Shown in pieces: positions 1-13,800 of a stretch of 64,000 nt of DNA; within the stretch, counting starts at the first letter, position 1, and every line of letters starts with the position of its first letter. A program made the translations under genes and the position numbers. This DNA is from Trichoplax sp. H2. Its lineage: Eukaryota. The notes under the pieces were generated by a model. That model saw only the letters and a program-made list of their open reading frames with translations, was not told where the DNA came from and did no database searches. Location of the stretch: contig NOWV01000127.1 in assembly GCA_003344405.1 (NCBI GenBank), forward strand, positions 1-64,000. The letters run 5' to 3'.

Positions 1-1446
1 TGTAGAATGGTCATTTGGATGTTTCCCATTGCCATTGAATGTTGCAGAGTTGACGCGTATTTCTGCGCGTGTACTTGGTATACTGTATGTCATACTGTAC
101 CAGTTGTATTTGAATCATGGCCGATTGGCGCCAGGCTAGAGTACCGGTGTGATTGACAACATGCATTTTATTATTGGGGAGTTTACTTCAATTTGTTTTT
201 ATCGTGTAGAATTTTTGCCTCATGTCACCTTGTCTATTTTGGATATTTGTGCAGCTGCATCAACCTGACAATATGTAGTCTTGTTCAGCGAGTGATTCTA
301 CTGTGTACTCGTATATGATCCATTGGTTGAGGTCCGTTCTGACTTCTGAGAAAGCGTTTGAATCATTTCATGCCTTTATTCGATTAATGTGAGGAAATTG
401 CGAGTCAAAACCCAACACTCCACTACTGGATACGATCCTCTTGCTACTAAATTGTGCACTGAGCGTCCGTTATTAATTGATTGGAAAGTATGAACAATTG
501 AACTCAATTTGATCGTTATTGAATCTAAACTATGATACACTTACAGTATCTAGATATACAGTATACAGTAGTACAACACCCATGATAATAGTGGGTGGAC
601 TGGTAGGAGGACTCTGCGATCGCAACCGTTGTCCGCGGTTGCGATCGATGCTAACAATAAATTCTCTTTTCCATTACAATCATTCAAAAGATTTTGGAAA
701 GTTAGGTCAGCCAATGGTGAGCTCGGACACTAGACGTCACGCTGATCTCCAACTGAATGGATCCATTTCATTGGCTTGTGGTCTCCATCACGTGTTGGCC
801 AAATGATTCAATCGACCGATTTTTTCCAAATCATCCTCCGCCCACGTACGGTGTTATAGGATGCGTGTTGTGGGTCAAGCGAATCTCCGCCTTCGACCAC
901 AATGTTCAAGTGTCCACTGTAATTATATTATTTATTATTCATTATTGATTGAAGTGACGATAGCGTGTTTCTTCTTCTCTCTGCCGGGCTGTCCATGCAT
1001 TATTATTGTAATAGTATTTATTTCTATAGCGTAGCCACCAGTGAGAAGACAGTTTATTGGAAAAAAAGGGAAGGCCTTATTTGATATGGCGCTTCTATCA
1101 TAATAACCATTGATGGGCAGGTCATGGGCAGGTGCACGTTGTACAGTAGGAAACGATGCTCCAACAGATGACGATGCTGTACTGATAGCGTACAGTATTA
1201 TGATAAGACGAGTCCACTACCCGTTGTACTGTACACTGTACAGTACAAACACGGAAGCATACGCTAAAGTACTAGCCTATCTTGTTTTGGACGAGTTCAC
1301 GCGCTGTTTTACCTTTGCACACTCAATCATATATCATTCATGATGGTCAATCGTCTCAGCTTGGGACAAGCGGATGATGAATCATGATATCATCCACTTA
1401 GATCATAAACCATCTGTAAAACGACAAGAGGAAATATTACTGTACC

Positions 1447-1620
1447 TACAGTACAGTACAGTACAGTACAGTACTGTCGAGATATTGTTGGGATCGGATG
1501 ATGTACTGTACACTGTACTGTACAGTATGCACTGTCCATTGTCCAATGGAGTGGTGTTACTGTACATCTACAAGACGTAGTACTGTGCCCTGTACAGTAG
1601 ATTGGACTGTAGGCTACAAT
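1447..1620. repeat. (CAGTA/CTGTA)n-rich low-complexity tract
   Basis: TACAGTACAGTACAGTACAGTACAGTACTGT at 1447-1477, with dense TACTGTA/TACAGTA units continuing to ~1620. Confidence 0.85.
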
Positions 1621-2423
1621 GCCGTACTCAGTTTGCTACAGAGAATGGAGGCGTTGAAGCGTAGTATTTTTAGCCTTGATGGCGTACGCAGTGTATTGCA
1701 AGTAATCCTCGCTACTGTATCATCACCGCGATTGTCCAGAGTTCAATGGACACAAGAACAGGTCGCGGCGGCAGCCGGTCTACTGCGTATATTACCATAG
1801 TACGCCTCAAGGTGGGGTTGCAGTCTTGGCAAATCCCTTAGCCGGTAGCAGATCATTTCGTCTGAGCATCAAGGCGTTTGCGATCCATTTTTGAAGGAAA
1901 AAAACATCGAGCGAGGTAAGCCGGCAATCATTGTATTTGATTTTGTAAAGAATGAGCCAAGCAAGTGCCATGGAAATAGAATAGAGATGGCCTCAGTCCA
2001 TGTCCATTGCATTTTAGCATGGACAAGACGTTTACATAGTTTATTTCGCCGTTGATAAACGGTTCCAATCAAGGTGAAGGATTGGACTGCTTGGTACGCA
2101 CTGTTTTGACTGGAGAATAAGTGCGCTCGGCTTGGTTTTTGTTTCCTACTGATGCTTGTACCAGTCGCGTTGTACGGTACAGTGCGTTTCCTGGCCCAAC
2201 CAACTGTTCATTTTTTTTTCCAATCTAAACTCGGCAAACTTTTTTTTTCCTCAAGGTTCTCATTTGTCGCCATCGTGTCTTGACAATTTCTATTGCAACT
2301 GACTTGATGTTCAATACATGCCTACTTTGCACTCGCTAATTGTGATGAAAAAAATAAAATTGAACTTCAACTGAAGCCTATCTTTTTTTTTTTTAATTTT
2401 GACCTTATCCAACAGTAAGAAAC

Positions 2424-5400
2424 ATGGCAGATAACGAAGGCAAACCTCGCAGCGTCGCTGAAGTCATCAAATCATCCGTCAAGGTACCTATTACTGGATT
2501 TGTAATTTTCTTTTCCATCTTTGCAACCATTGGTGGTTTCCTCTTTGGCTATGATATCGGGTAAGTGGAATTAAAAAAAAAAAAATAAACCACATCTTAT
2601 CCATGGCGAAAGGCCAAAACTGGAGGGTGGGGTGTAGGCCTTGGCCAGCACAAGATGTCATATGACGACGCTATATTGTCCACTTTCCTCCACTGTACAA
2701 TACAATACAGTACAGTAGTGTTGTCTCAATACTCTACTTTGCTGCTGTAAAGTTGTCATCTGTTCTGTTTACGCATTGCACACCATTTTAGATCAACGTG
2801 TTAAGTAAACTGATCCTTTGAAAAGTCAGTTGGTCAGTTTATCCGGTTTTTTTTCTTCGGTTATCCTCTCGCTGCCCATTGTATAGGCAAGCCAAGTTAT
2901 TAATATCTTTTCCCATTGACTGTATACCTAGTTATACTGTCGACTTGGATATTGGAAAGTTGACACTTACTGCAAAAATTGCTCTTGTACCAGTATATTG
3001 CGCCATCATTTTGCAACCTTTCCACCCCCCTTATTGTCCACTAGTGTAAAACAGATGAGCTGATCCAATCTCCAAGGAATGATAAAAACTGCAATCATCA
3101 TGATTGTTGAAAACTGAGACGATGCTGCTTTGACACCATGACCAAGCTCCCATTTGAAAAATCTTTATCATCACTCATGATAGGCGCAATCTTGCGCGAA
3201 TATCGACGGTCTTTCTTATTACTGTCATTGATTTTACACTCCAAGACAGTATACCGGAAGGAAAAAAATGAACCTATAGCGAACTCATGAATTCAATTTT
3301 TATCGTCATCATTTTGTATCTCGGAAACGCTTATCGGATTAATGTTAACGTACGTATAGAAACGCATTTGCGCCGTCTATCCCATATGACCCACCAATTT
3401 TTCGGGGGCTTTTATGCTGTTGATCCAACTTGTAGACTTGCGCTGTTTGACATTCACTTTAGTAGATTGGATCAAAGTTTGCATGGACGTACTTGAATAA
3501 TTTTTATCACTTTAAGAGACCAGCCGCTTGCTATTATCGCCTATTTCAAAAACTTGATTGTAATTTATTAGTTTACTTCAAAGTTTATATTGAACTGTCC
3601 AGTAGTAGCAGTCAGTAGACCACGGATAGCGTTACCGGCGGCGATATTACAAATGTATCTTGTGTGTGAATCTACGATTGCAAAGTAGTTGAATTCGCAA
3701 TTTCCAAATTAGAGTGAAGGATAACAACTGATTCTAACTTATGTCAGCTATGCCATATCATGAATTGAAACTAATCTTGCAAACACCGAGTGTAATTCGC
3801 ACATTCAACACGGAGCCTGACGGTTGTACAGGAAAACGTACAACTGATCCTTTGCTTGCGTGATTGATTGAACAAAAAATTAATCTGGTTAGCAACATCT
3901 TGGATGATTTCAATTCCTCTCGTCGATATTGAAAGAAATGAAGGTGATGCGTAGACGATATCCTTGGATGATTGAATTATGCATGTATAGAGAGATGACT
4001 ACAGTACCTTTGAAGTTCATCTTAATTGAATTAAAAATTAAAATAGGCAACTTTATACAAGTGTAGTACTCTGTACATGCAAAAATGCTGCCTATTCAGG
4101 CCCGCCCGCTCCAACTATTGCTTCCAATTGCTATCGACTAACGTCCCTTTCAAAGCATTTTCATCAGTCCAGCACTTGTAACGACTTCATTACTAACAGC
4201 AGCCTCTCCAGCCATTTTGGACGGGGAGGGGGGAAATTTTTCCATGGTTGTCTCCAGCTTTGAAGATGTGTACTTTTGTCTATTTTGTCCCTTTCAAAGC
4301 ATTTTCTTCAGTCCAGCACTTGTAACGATTTCATTACCAACAGCAGCCTCTCCAACCATTTTTGATAGGGAGGGGGAAACTTTTCCATGGCTGTCTCCAG
4401 CTTTGAAGATGTGTACTTTTGTCCCTTTCAAAGCATTTTCTTCAGTCCAGCACTTGTAACGACTTCATTACCAACAGCAGCCTCTCCAACCATTTTTGAT
4501 AGGGAGGGGGAAATTTTTCCATGGTTGTCTCCAGCTTTGAAGATGTGTACTTTTGTCTATTTTGTCCCTTTCAAAGCATTTTCTTCAGTCCAGCACTTGT
4601 AACGACTTCATTACCAACAGCAGCCTCTCCAACCATTTTTGATAGGGAGGGGGAAATTTTTCCATGGCCGTCTCCAGCTTTGAAGATGTGTACTTTTGTC
4701 TATTGTTTGCATTATTTATTTATTTTGCAGTTGTTTTGTTGGACTGCAATTGTGACAATTGTTCCAGCGGTCCAACGTAGTAGGCCAGCGATACAAAGGT
4801 TTTGCGCTGACTACGTGCTGGTACAATCAGTACGGACTGCATCCAGTCACACGCTACACCAGGTGATGCACTTGGACACCAATTGACAACGACGTTACAA
4901 TGTTGCCGTTGGTCGCGCCCTTCCCTTGCCTTATTGGAATGACACCAATATGGAGTCTAGGCTATATCGCGTGCATAGGACAGTATTGCGGTACAAGGTG
5001 GAAAGGTCACGTACTTTCTTTTGCTACCGTTGACATCAGCCCAGGCTAATAATATCCGACACCGTCTTGACACTCGGAAACTCTTTGCTACAGTATTGTG
5101 TAGTCATAATGGATGGATGATTGTGGCTGTCCCATGAAGGATTACTTACTGTACAGACTAGAATTAACCCTCAAGCACGCCCTACCGGAGCCGAGAAAAG
5201 CATTTCCCTTTTCTCAGCATCAAACAGCCACTCCAGTACTGTAAGACGACATGGATAGCATGATGAGAAGGATTGTTGTCGCAGTGTTGCCCACAGTCAA
5301 CTACTTGTGTACGGCCGTTTTGACTGCGATCGTCCAGGGCCGAGAAAAGCATTTCCTTTTTCTCAGCATCAAACAGCCACTCCAGTTACTGTAAGACGAC

Positions 5401-8400
5401 ATGGATAGAATGATGAGAAGGATTGTCGTCGCAGTGTTGCCCACAGTCAACTACTTGTGCTCCTGTACGGCCGTTGTGACTGCGATCGTCCAGGGCCGAG
5501 AAAAGCATTTCCTTTTTCTCAGCATCAAACAGCCACTCCAGTTACTGTAAGACGACATGGATAGAATGATGAGAAAGATTGTTGTCGCAGTGTTACCCAC
5601 AGTCAACTACTGGTGTACGGCCGTTTTGAACTACGATCGTCTCGACATGACGCAACAAACGATCGTACCATTTCCTGATGGCCATGTTGATCCACCTTAT
5701 TCAATGTCTACAGCAACCTTGCCTACTTTGATCCATTTTGAATTCAATTGATACATCATCAATTCAGTTCTTGAAATGTCTACTCATCAATGAATGCTAT
5801 CTCGAAGTCATGGACTATAGCTTGGAAGAAAAACCAACTGCGTCCAAGTAAACTCCATCTCTCACTTTCAACCAATGTCAAATGATTGAACCCATTCAGC
5901 CACGTCAGTCAAAAATCACTTTTCAACGTCAATATTTCCACTATCAATGACCCCGGCCAAAAGCCAACATATCGACAAAACAAATGGGGATTCTATCAAT
6001 GAGAAAAATAATAAAAAAAAAACCCTGAAAACTAGATCAATACCAACCCCCAAAGTCATTTCCAAGCCATCATTTGCCCTGTCTACATAAGTGGAGAGTA
6101 GCATTCCCTTCTGATTGGCCAATGGTGTCCTGAATAAAGGATAGGTTGATCGACTTCATCCAATTGAAGCAGTTGAATACATCGACATCTGCTAGACTCG
6201 ACTTGTTTCTATCTTACTCCAAAAAGTAGCTGAGTAAGGACAATTCTTGCCAGTAATCCAAACATGGATTACAATAAAACTACTTCCATTCTTGTCATGA
6301 ATTAATTAATCGGCAAAGTTGGTAGACACACCTTCCCAAATAATACTATAATTTACTGTAGACTCTTCAACGATTCCGATCGAGTCTTATCACCATGATG
6401 GTAACATCTCGATCGAATACTATCCTACCCCTAATAGCGTACGGTGGCTGATATACAAGCTACCCAAGAGTATTTTTGCATCATGTATTTCTATTAATCA
6501 TTTCTTATCCTTTCCATCAGCATGGATAATGCCCAAAAATAAATACATGGATTAATCTCCATTGAAAGGACAAAGAATTGAGTCAACTTATTAATACTAA
6601 CATTGACGTGAAAGAAGTCGACAATCACGTAATCAGTTACGCTTCGGTAGTCATACATTCTAGCCAATGTATCCTCTTCTTAGTCTCGATCTTTCTATAG
6701 CGACGATCCTATTTGGGTGATACTATACAGTCTTACCTTGACAACTTATTGTACAATGCAGACATCAACTAATGGACGATAATTGATATAATCCGGGACA
6801 TCTGACAAGGGTGTTGAAGTGTATCGAATATGCAATAAAGTCAGACGCATAAACTCTGTAGATGGGCATCAACGGAATAGCTACAATGGATCACAGCTTC
6901 TCAATAAAATTACATACTGTAATACTCGCCGTACAATTGTATAGTAGTGAGTAGATATTTGTTGAAGAAAACCACTACTTGTATGTGGAAAAGAATGATG
7001 AATTGCAACTCTCCCCAACTGATATACATAGGATACTGTCAAGTCGACAGTCTAGTCAGTTTATAGATGATGGTTCACCATGATTTGAAACTTCAAAATG
7101 AAACATGACAACGTGAATAATTACTGTACTGTATTCAAAAGAAACCAAATACTTCGCTGCTGACTTTGAAAATTCATTCGAAAAGCCTTTTAGTCCACTA
7201 AATACTAATATTCTTTGCTAATCTCACTCTTGTATCGCTAATGCAAAAAGACTTATAGAAATTTCTATTTGAAACTTGTAGCATTTACTCACTTTTACTA
7301 CTTCCGATCGATACCGCCTTGTGTCGCTCCCTCTTGTCTTACTATCGATATATTATATATATTATGATATGATTATAATTTGCCTGTCAATGCAATTATA
7401 GATGAAAAGAAAATTAAATTGTTTGTACTCTGTTCTCGAAAATGAATATCACTACACTTACAGTGGTAGTTACTAATATGACGTTGATCATCTTTTCCAT
7501 TATAGTATCATCGGTGGTGTCACAAATATGCGACCATTCAGAATTAGCATGGGCTTACCTCCCAACAGTACTGAAGGAGAAGGTGAAGATCTTGCCAGTG
7601 CAATTGTAAGTGTTGTATACGGACAGCATTTCTCATTACCATGCCATTTTGGGGGTTTTTCCCTACTGCACAAAGACACAAAGTGCTATGTGCCTGTCCT
7701 GTAATTGAATCATCGTCGCAGTTATTCATTGAAAATTCTGTCGAAATTAATCCTACATACAGTACCTTTCATGATGACGAGAAATATTGAAAGCACTCAA
7801 TTGTCCAATTTGATATCCGATACACAAATGGCTATAACCTACCTTGTACTATAATGTACAGTACAGTGCAGTTATCCAGCCTCTTAATTTCCGTCTTGCA
7901 CTGATCTTATTTAGAGTGATTGTACGTCATAAAATGTAGTACATAATAATCAGTAGAGGTAAGGTCTACTGAAAAAGGACAGTAATTTATTTTAAAAGTA
8001 ACTCCTGACGGTAAACATACCAAATGTTAATAAATAAGAACATAATCGCTATTCTAAAAGCAGCTTAGCTTACTACAGTTATTCGTGCATTCAGTACGAT
8101 GAGAAGTTTTTACTACACAACATACACGCAACTTTTGATAACGAACATGTTGTCAATTTGATTCCTATAATAAAAATAACGTTAATTTAGCGCTTAGCCA
8201 AATGTTATACAACCACAAATACAACGATTTCATTGGTTAATTGCCGAAGGAACAAAATGATTTGCAGTAATTAACACGTACTCGTATATCAATCTATTAA
8301 CTGTTTAGGGAATTATTGTCTCATCTTTCTCTCTTGGCTGTATGGTTGGTGCATTAAGTGCCGGATGTAAGTGCAGTAATTATATACTGCAAAAGTTTTT

Positions 8401-10875
8401 CTACAGTAGCAAAGTCATAGTTTTCTCACAGTATATAAAATACCTTGTTGACACACGCGTATTTATTATAATTATTATGAATTACCACTTAGCAAACTAA
8501 CACCTACAATTAAATGGATATAGGGTTGTCCGATGTGTTTGGAAGAAAAATGACTGTTCTTGTGGGATCTACCATCTTTACCATCGGCGGTGTCTTCCAA
8601 GGTGCTGCAATCTATTTGTGGTACGTACACGAATAATAAGACTGATTGAATTGTTATTAATTGCCGTTCGACGCTTTTTGCCAAATAATAAATGGACATC
8701 GAAAATTTAAAAATTTTATTACCATTAGGATGATGATCGTCGGCCGTGTTGCAGCTGGTCTAGGTGTCGGTATCATGAGTATGGTTGTGCCATTATTTAA
8801 CGCTGAAATTTCACCGAAAGAACTTCGTGGTCGTTTAGTATCTTTACAACAACTCAGTATCACCTTTGGAATTATGGTAATTATAAAATCCATTTTTATA
8901 TTCACATTGTCATATAGACTGCGTGGATGTTTACTCAGTTGCAAATAATTTTGGTCAATTAGATCAGCTTCTTGGTTAATTTAGCTGTAGAAGGTGTCGA
9001 GATTGGATGGCGTATCTCTCTTGGTTTACAATCTGTTTTCTCAATCATTCTTGTTATTGGTATGCTCATGTTGCCTGAAAGCCCTAGGTAAGGGATAGAA
9101 TATCCTTCAAGAGTCATGTTTACTTGAATGTATACCGTACCCAATCGATAATTGGAAATTAGAAAAGTAGAAATTATACAAGATCGTTCAGTATGTGTTT
9201 GCATACATTTATATGATTCGTTAGCATGTAGCCATAAGAAAATAAGAATAAAATAGTTACCGTCGATAACTGCTATTTAAATCCAATTCTACTTTTGCTA
9301 GATGGCTAGTAAAGAATGGTGAAACTGGCAAAGCGCTAAGTGTATTGCAGCGTTTGCGAGCTGGTGCTCATGGCCAAAATGCCAATGTCGCACAGGAGGA
9401 ACTTGACGAAATTGTCGATAGCATCGAGGCCGAAAGAGCTATTGGTGAAGGTACTTGGAATGAAGTATTCTGCGCTCCAGATTCAGCTAAGAGGTAATAA
9501 AATTTGAGTCATATTATACCTTAAAATTGATACTGATTTTTTTATGCTATTTATTTATATAGAGTTGTCATCGGTTGCGGTTGTCAATTCTTTCAACAAT
9601 TTAGCGGTATTAATGTTGTAATGTAAGTCCTATTACATATTAAGTTAATTAACATTTGCAACAACGAAATGTTTTTATGCTGTAAAAAAATATTATTACA
9701 AAATTATGTAATATGTGACAAATTGGATGTGCAGGTACTATTCACCAATCATTTTCGATCATGTTGGTGTACCTCCTCTTATTTCGACCGCAGTCGTTGG
9801 TGTTATTAACTTTTTGAGCACATTTATTGCTATTTATATCATCGACAAGGTAAGTCAGATATTTGCCTACTGCAGTGAAAGACTATCCTGCTAAGTAGTC
9901 TTCCATAACCCAGATAAAGCATAGATGCTGCAATCTGGAATTCTTATCGCATTCATACTGATATATATTAAATACTGTAACAGGTTGGTCGAAAATTCTT
10001 AATGTTAATTGGCGCTATTGGCATGGTTATTTCCCTATTCTTTGCTGGTGCTTTAATTTACGCCGTCGATGTTAGTCAAAATGTTGGTGTTGGTATCGTT
10101 ATTGTCGTCTTGGTCTGCTTATATGTTAACAGCTTTGCCTATTCCTGGGGGTGAGTTTTCAGCCTATTAATCGTGAAAGTATTGATGTAGATAGTGTTTT
10201 CTTATATCTTGCATTTACACTTGCGTAATAATATTCGATTTATTTACAGACCTTGTGCATGGGTTATTACTAGTGAAATCTTCCCACTTCGTCTACGTGG
10301 TAAGTACTTGGCTGTCTCGTATACTATCATAGAGTATAATGCTGAGTTTAGTTACTACTATCGTGTAATATTTTGAAATTGTAATTCCAGGCAAAGCTGT
10401 CAGTATTACAACTCTTACCAACTGGATCGGAGTTTTTGTCGTTGCACAAATTACGCCATTGCTTTTGCAGCCGAATATTCTTAACGTTCAAGGAATGTTT
10501 ATCTTGATGGGAGTATTCTGTACTGCTGCCTTCTTCTTCACATGGTTGCTTGTTCCAGAAACTAAGGTCATTAGCATTAAGCAAACAGATTGAGATATCT
10601 CAATAAAATTAATTCTGTTTTTATTTGTTGTATTGAAATGTAGAGTATATTAACATATATATCTATGTGATAACATTGTTGGATTGCCTGATTAATAGGG
10701 TGTTTCTTTGGAAGCCATGGGCCAACTGTTTAAGCGTTCAAGTTGGTTCGAAATCACCAGACCAATGGCGTACATGCGTGAAGAATTTGCAGCATATCTT
10801 TGCTGTCGTACACCACAAAGACCTGTCTCAATCCACAAACCAGCTCGTCCTGAGCAAGCTACCGCAGCAGTATAA
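2424..10875 (+). CDS. MFS sugar porter (hexose/H+ symporter-like), 13 exons, ~533 aa
   Basis: Phase-consistent GT-AG exons: 2424-2560, 7506-7605, 8309-8366, 8524-8620, 8729-8876, 8963-9087, 9302-9493, 9563-9622, 9735-9849, 9984-10150, 10250-10299, 10391-10566, 10699-10875. Translation has sugar-porter motifs GGFLFGYDIG, SDVFGRK, GRVAAGLGVG, AEISPKELRG, PESPRW, QQFSGIN, IDKVGRK, SEIFPLRLR and PETKG, ending in TAA. Confidence 0.93.
4143..4703. repeat. Minisatellite, 4 copies of ~134-144 bp, in transporter intron 1
   Basis: Unit GTCCCTTTCAAAGCATTTTC...GAAGATGTGTACTTTTGTC starts at 4143, 4287, 4421 and 4564. Copies are near-identical. Confidence 0.95.
5190..5640. repeat. Minisatellite, 3 copies of ~149-156 bp, in transporter intron 1
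   Basis: Unit CCGAGAAAAGCATTTCC...TGCGATCGT starts at ~5191, 5340 and 5496. Confidence 0.95.
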
Positions 10876-13800
10876 AATCCACCACTGACTCTTGAAACAT
10901 ATTATAATTATTAATGGATATTATAGTCATCATGCATCAATACTCGATGTATTGAAGCTTTTTATATAGGTCAACACTTGTAATAGAAAATCTACGACAG
11001 CAAAATACTGCATTTCTATCTTTGAAATAATCTACCATGACTATCGGAGCATGTTGTTAAGGAGTGTTAAAAAGTACGACAGGGAAATCCAGTTACTTTA
11101 TCCAAGTCTTAAGCTGTTAAATATCATTAGCTAGATAGCAATACTAATCAAATGATAAGTTACTTTTGTCGTTGCTATTGTAATCTTCATTTAGTTTTTA
11201 AATGTTAGCATCAAACTATTGTAATTGTTTTGAAATGAATTGACAAAGTAGGTAAAAGGATAAATTGTTGAACTTTGGTAGTTATTTCATTATTTGCTGC
11301 TATACCATTTAGTTATACGTTCAATGATAGCACTGACTCTTTGTCGTCGATTATAGCTTTAACGTAATGTCAGCTTTTTTTTTTGTTTTTTATAATTTTA
11401 ATGACTAAGTTTAGGCGATAATTTGTTTTAATTGATGTTTAAGTTATCAACATTATCTGTGTTTTGCCATCTTATTTGTGTATTTTTATTGAACGTTTTA
11501 ACTGCTCTAAATACCACGTTTAGCCATGATGGCTCCAGCCAGCTTACTAGTTTAACAATACAGTCATCTACATTAAGATATTTGTCTTGTCGGTGGAGGT
11601 ATATTAATTACTTATTTGTAAGAGCTGCAGGATTTGCTTTTATTAAGTGATCTACTTTGAAGGGTACTATAAAATGATGCGTCGATCCAATGCAAAATTA
11701 CAAAATGCGTTCACTTTAATATTGATATTCAAAGAGATTTTGGTCTTGAGATGACAGCAAAACAGTGTAGAAATAGGATATGCAACCAAATATGGATATT
11801 TTTAATACAGTGATACTTATAAGTAAATTGATATGATGGTGATATTTGCGTAATCGATCCTCTCTGTTTCTTCAGCCCAGTCAATTATGTCTATTATTAA
11901 TGCAGTAGTAACAAACAAAATGGAAATTCGATGTTAAGAATGCACATTGTGCTCGATCAAAATACTCGAAATCTTTCTTTAGTTGCAGGTCATGAATTCT
12001 TGAATTATTCTAGAACTATTTTAGTATACGACTCGTACTAGAAAAAAATTGATTCCATGAATTATATTTCACTTTGCGATATTCAATTTCGACACTGCCA
12101 TGGAGCAATAGCAGAACAATGAAATTGTAATTTTATTTAGACTTTGTATAATCTTATCAATTTGGCAACGGCTGATACATTTATTTCCTGTGCTATGATG
12201 AATTTAATATACTAGATACTCAACTGGCTGCAGTCTATTATTATGAAATTGGTCGCAGATATTCAATTCTTCACAGAGAATCATATCCAACTACACTAGT
12301 CTGTAAATATTGCAAATTAAGATTTGAAAACAAGATTTCACCTACTTATTATTTAACTTTTAGTTTCACATATTCGTACTAGACAGTAAATAGCACTTGT
12401 TATTTGGAATAAACAAAGGAATGGCCTACTACATCGAAAACAAGGAAATGAATTTAAAATGAATTAAATGCACGTTGACCTATACGAATAGTATTGCATA
12501 AGACAGTAAGATATATAGCATATTATCTTATGATACACTATGTGTAGACCATAAAAAGAGTTGGCGAATGCCATTTGTAATTAAATTACAGAGGTAGTCA
12601 GATCTACAATACCGCTTCGGCAGTAATAAAGATCTCAACTGTACGTTACAAAGAGTGTTGTATTTTCCTATGAGGACCACTAACCTCCCTTGATATCCGA
12701 TGATCGTAACATGCGCCATCGTTGAATCTAACTTAACTTGACTAGAATAATCCAAATTGTACCCACTTTACTCCAACAACTGTAGATGAGTACACTGACT
12801 TTGGCTGTCCTATTTCACGACGTTTAGGCCTGCGTCAAAGTTGAGTCTCTTTGAGGAAATAATACCTAAAACTATATCTAAAGTTTTTAACGGTTGTATA
12901 TTCTAGATTATTAGGGATCATTATTAGGAATTTATATGTTCTCTGAGTAGAATCGTCACACCTGTTTCTTTGCTTAGGCTGTCCCTCATTTAAACGCAAT
13001 ATTAATTAATAAATCGAAGACTATATCAGTATGCATTGCTTTTAGTAATATGCAAGTAGCGAGGGTATTTAACTGATATTATTGCCTATATCTTTAAAAG
13101 CCATATACTGTACAGGCTACACATATTTTCATGCATTTCATATTACTTTGTTTTACGAAGCGATTATTTTATTTATTTCGATTATTCTTTTAATCGACTT
13201 TGATTTATTATGTATGAATCTACAATTCTACATTATTATTGTATTTCTTTTCCTAGTTTACTTACCTAATTTAATTATTAAACCATTCATAAGCTCTTTT
13301 AATCCCTCTCAATGATGTATTCATTAATAAAATGTGCAATTATATCTTATGGTACTACTATTCTATCTGATACTATTTCATAGACTAATATCTAGGCAGT
13401 TTGATTCATTAATGGGATAGAGATGATCAAGAAACAGCTGTGAATAAGTTTATGCATTGGTTGTGTATTTATAGGATTCGAAAGCTACTGATTCGTATTG
13501 GCTGTATTCCTACAGCGCCAATTGTCTTTTCGTAATATTCTCATCTTTTATTTATGATATGCAATCCATGATAGATATTATTTGTAGTTAATTATGCAAA
13601 TTAATCCATCTTGTAATGGTATATCACCAGAATTATACAAACTACGCGGTCGCTAAAAGGAAATGAATAGCAATTGGCATGGAGAGCTACTTATACGTAC
13701 GCAGAATATGGATAGAAAAGGTTGACAGGAAGGTGGAAAAGAAAGTTGTTGCAATCATCGTTCATTGCAATTGCAATTGACCGGAATAGTTGAAATCCTG

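Noticed and set aside
4217-4886. Three near-identical ORFs (VSSFEDVYFC...)
   Set aside because: They are frame-shifting products of the ~140-bp minisatellite inside an intron, with no recognisable domain.
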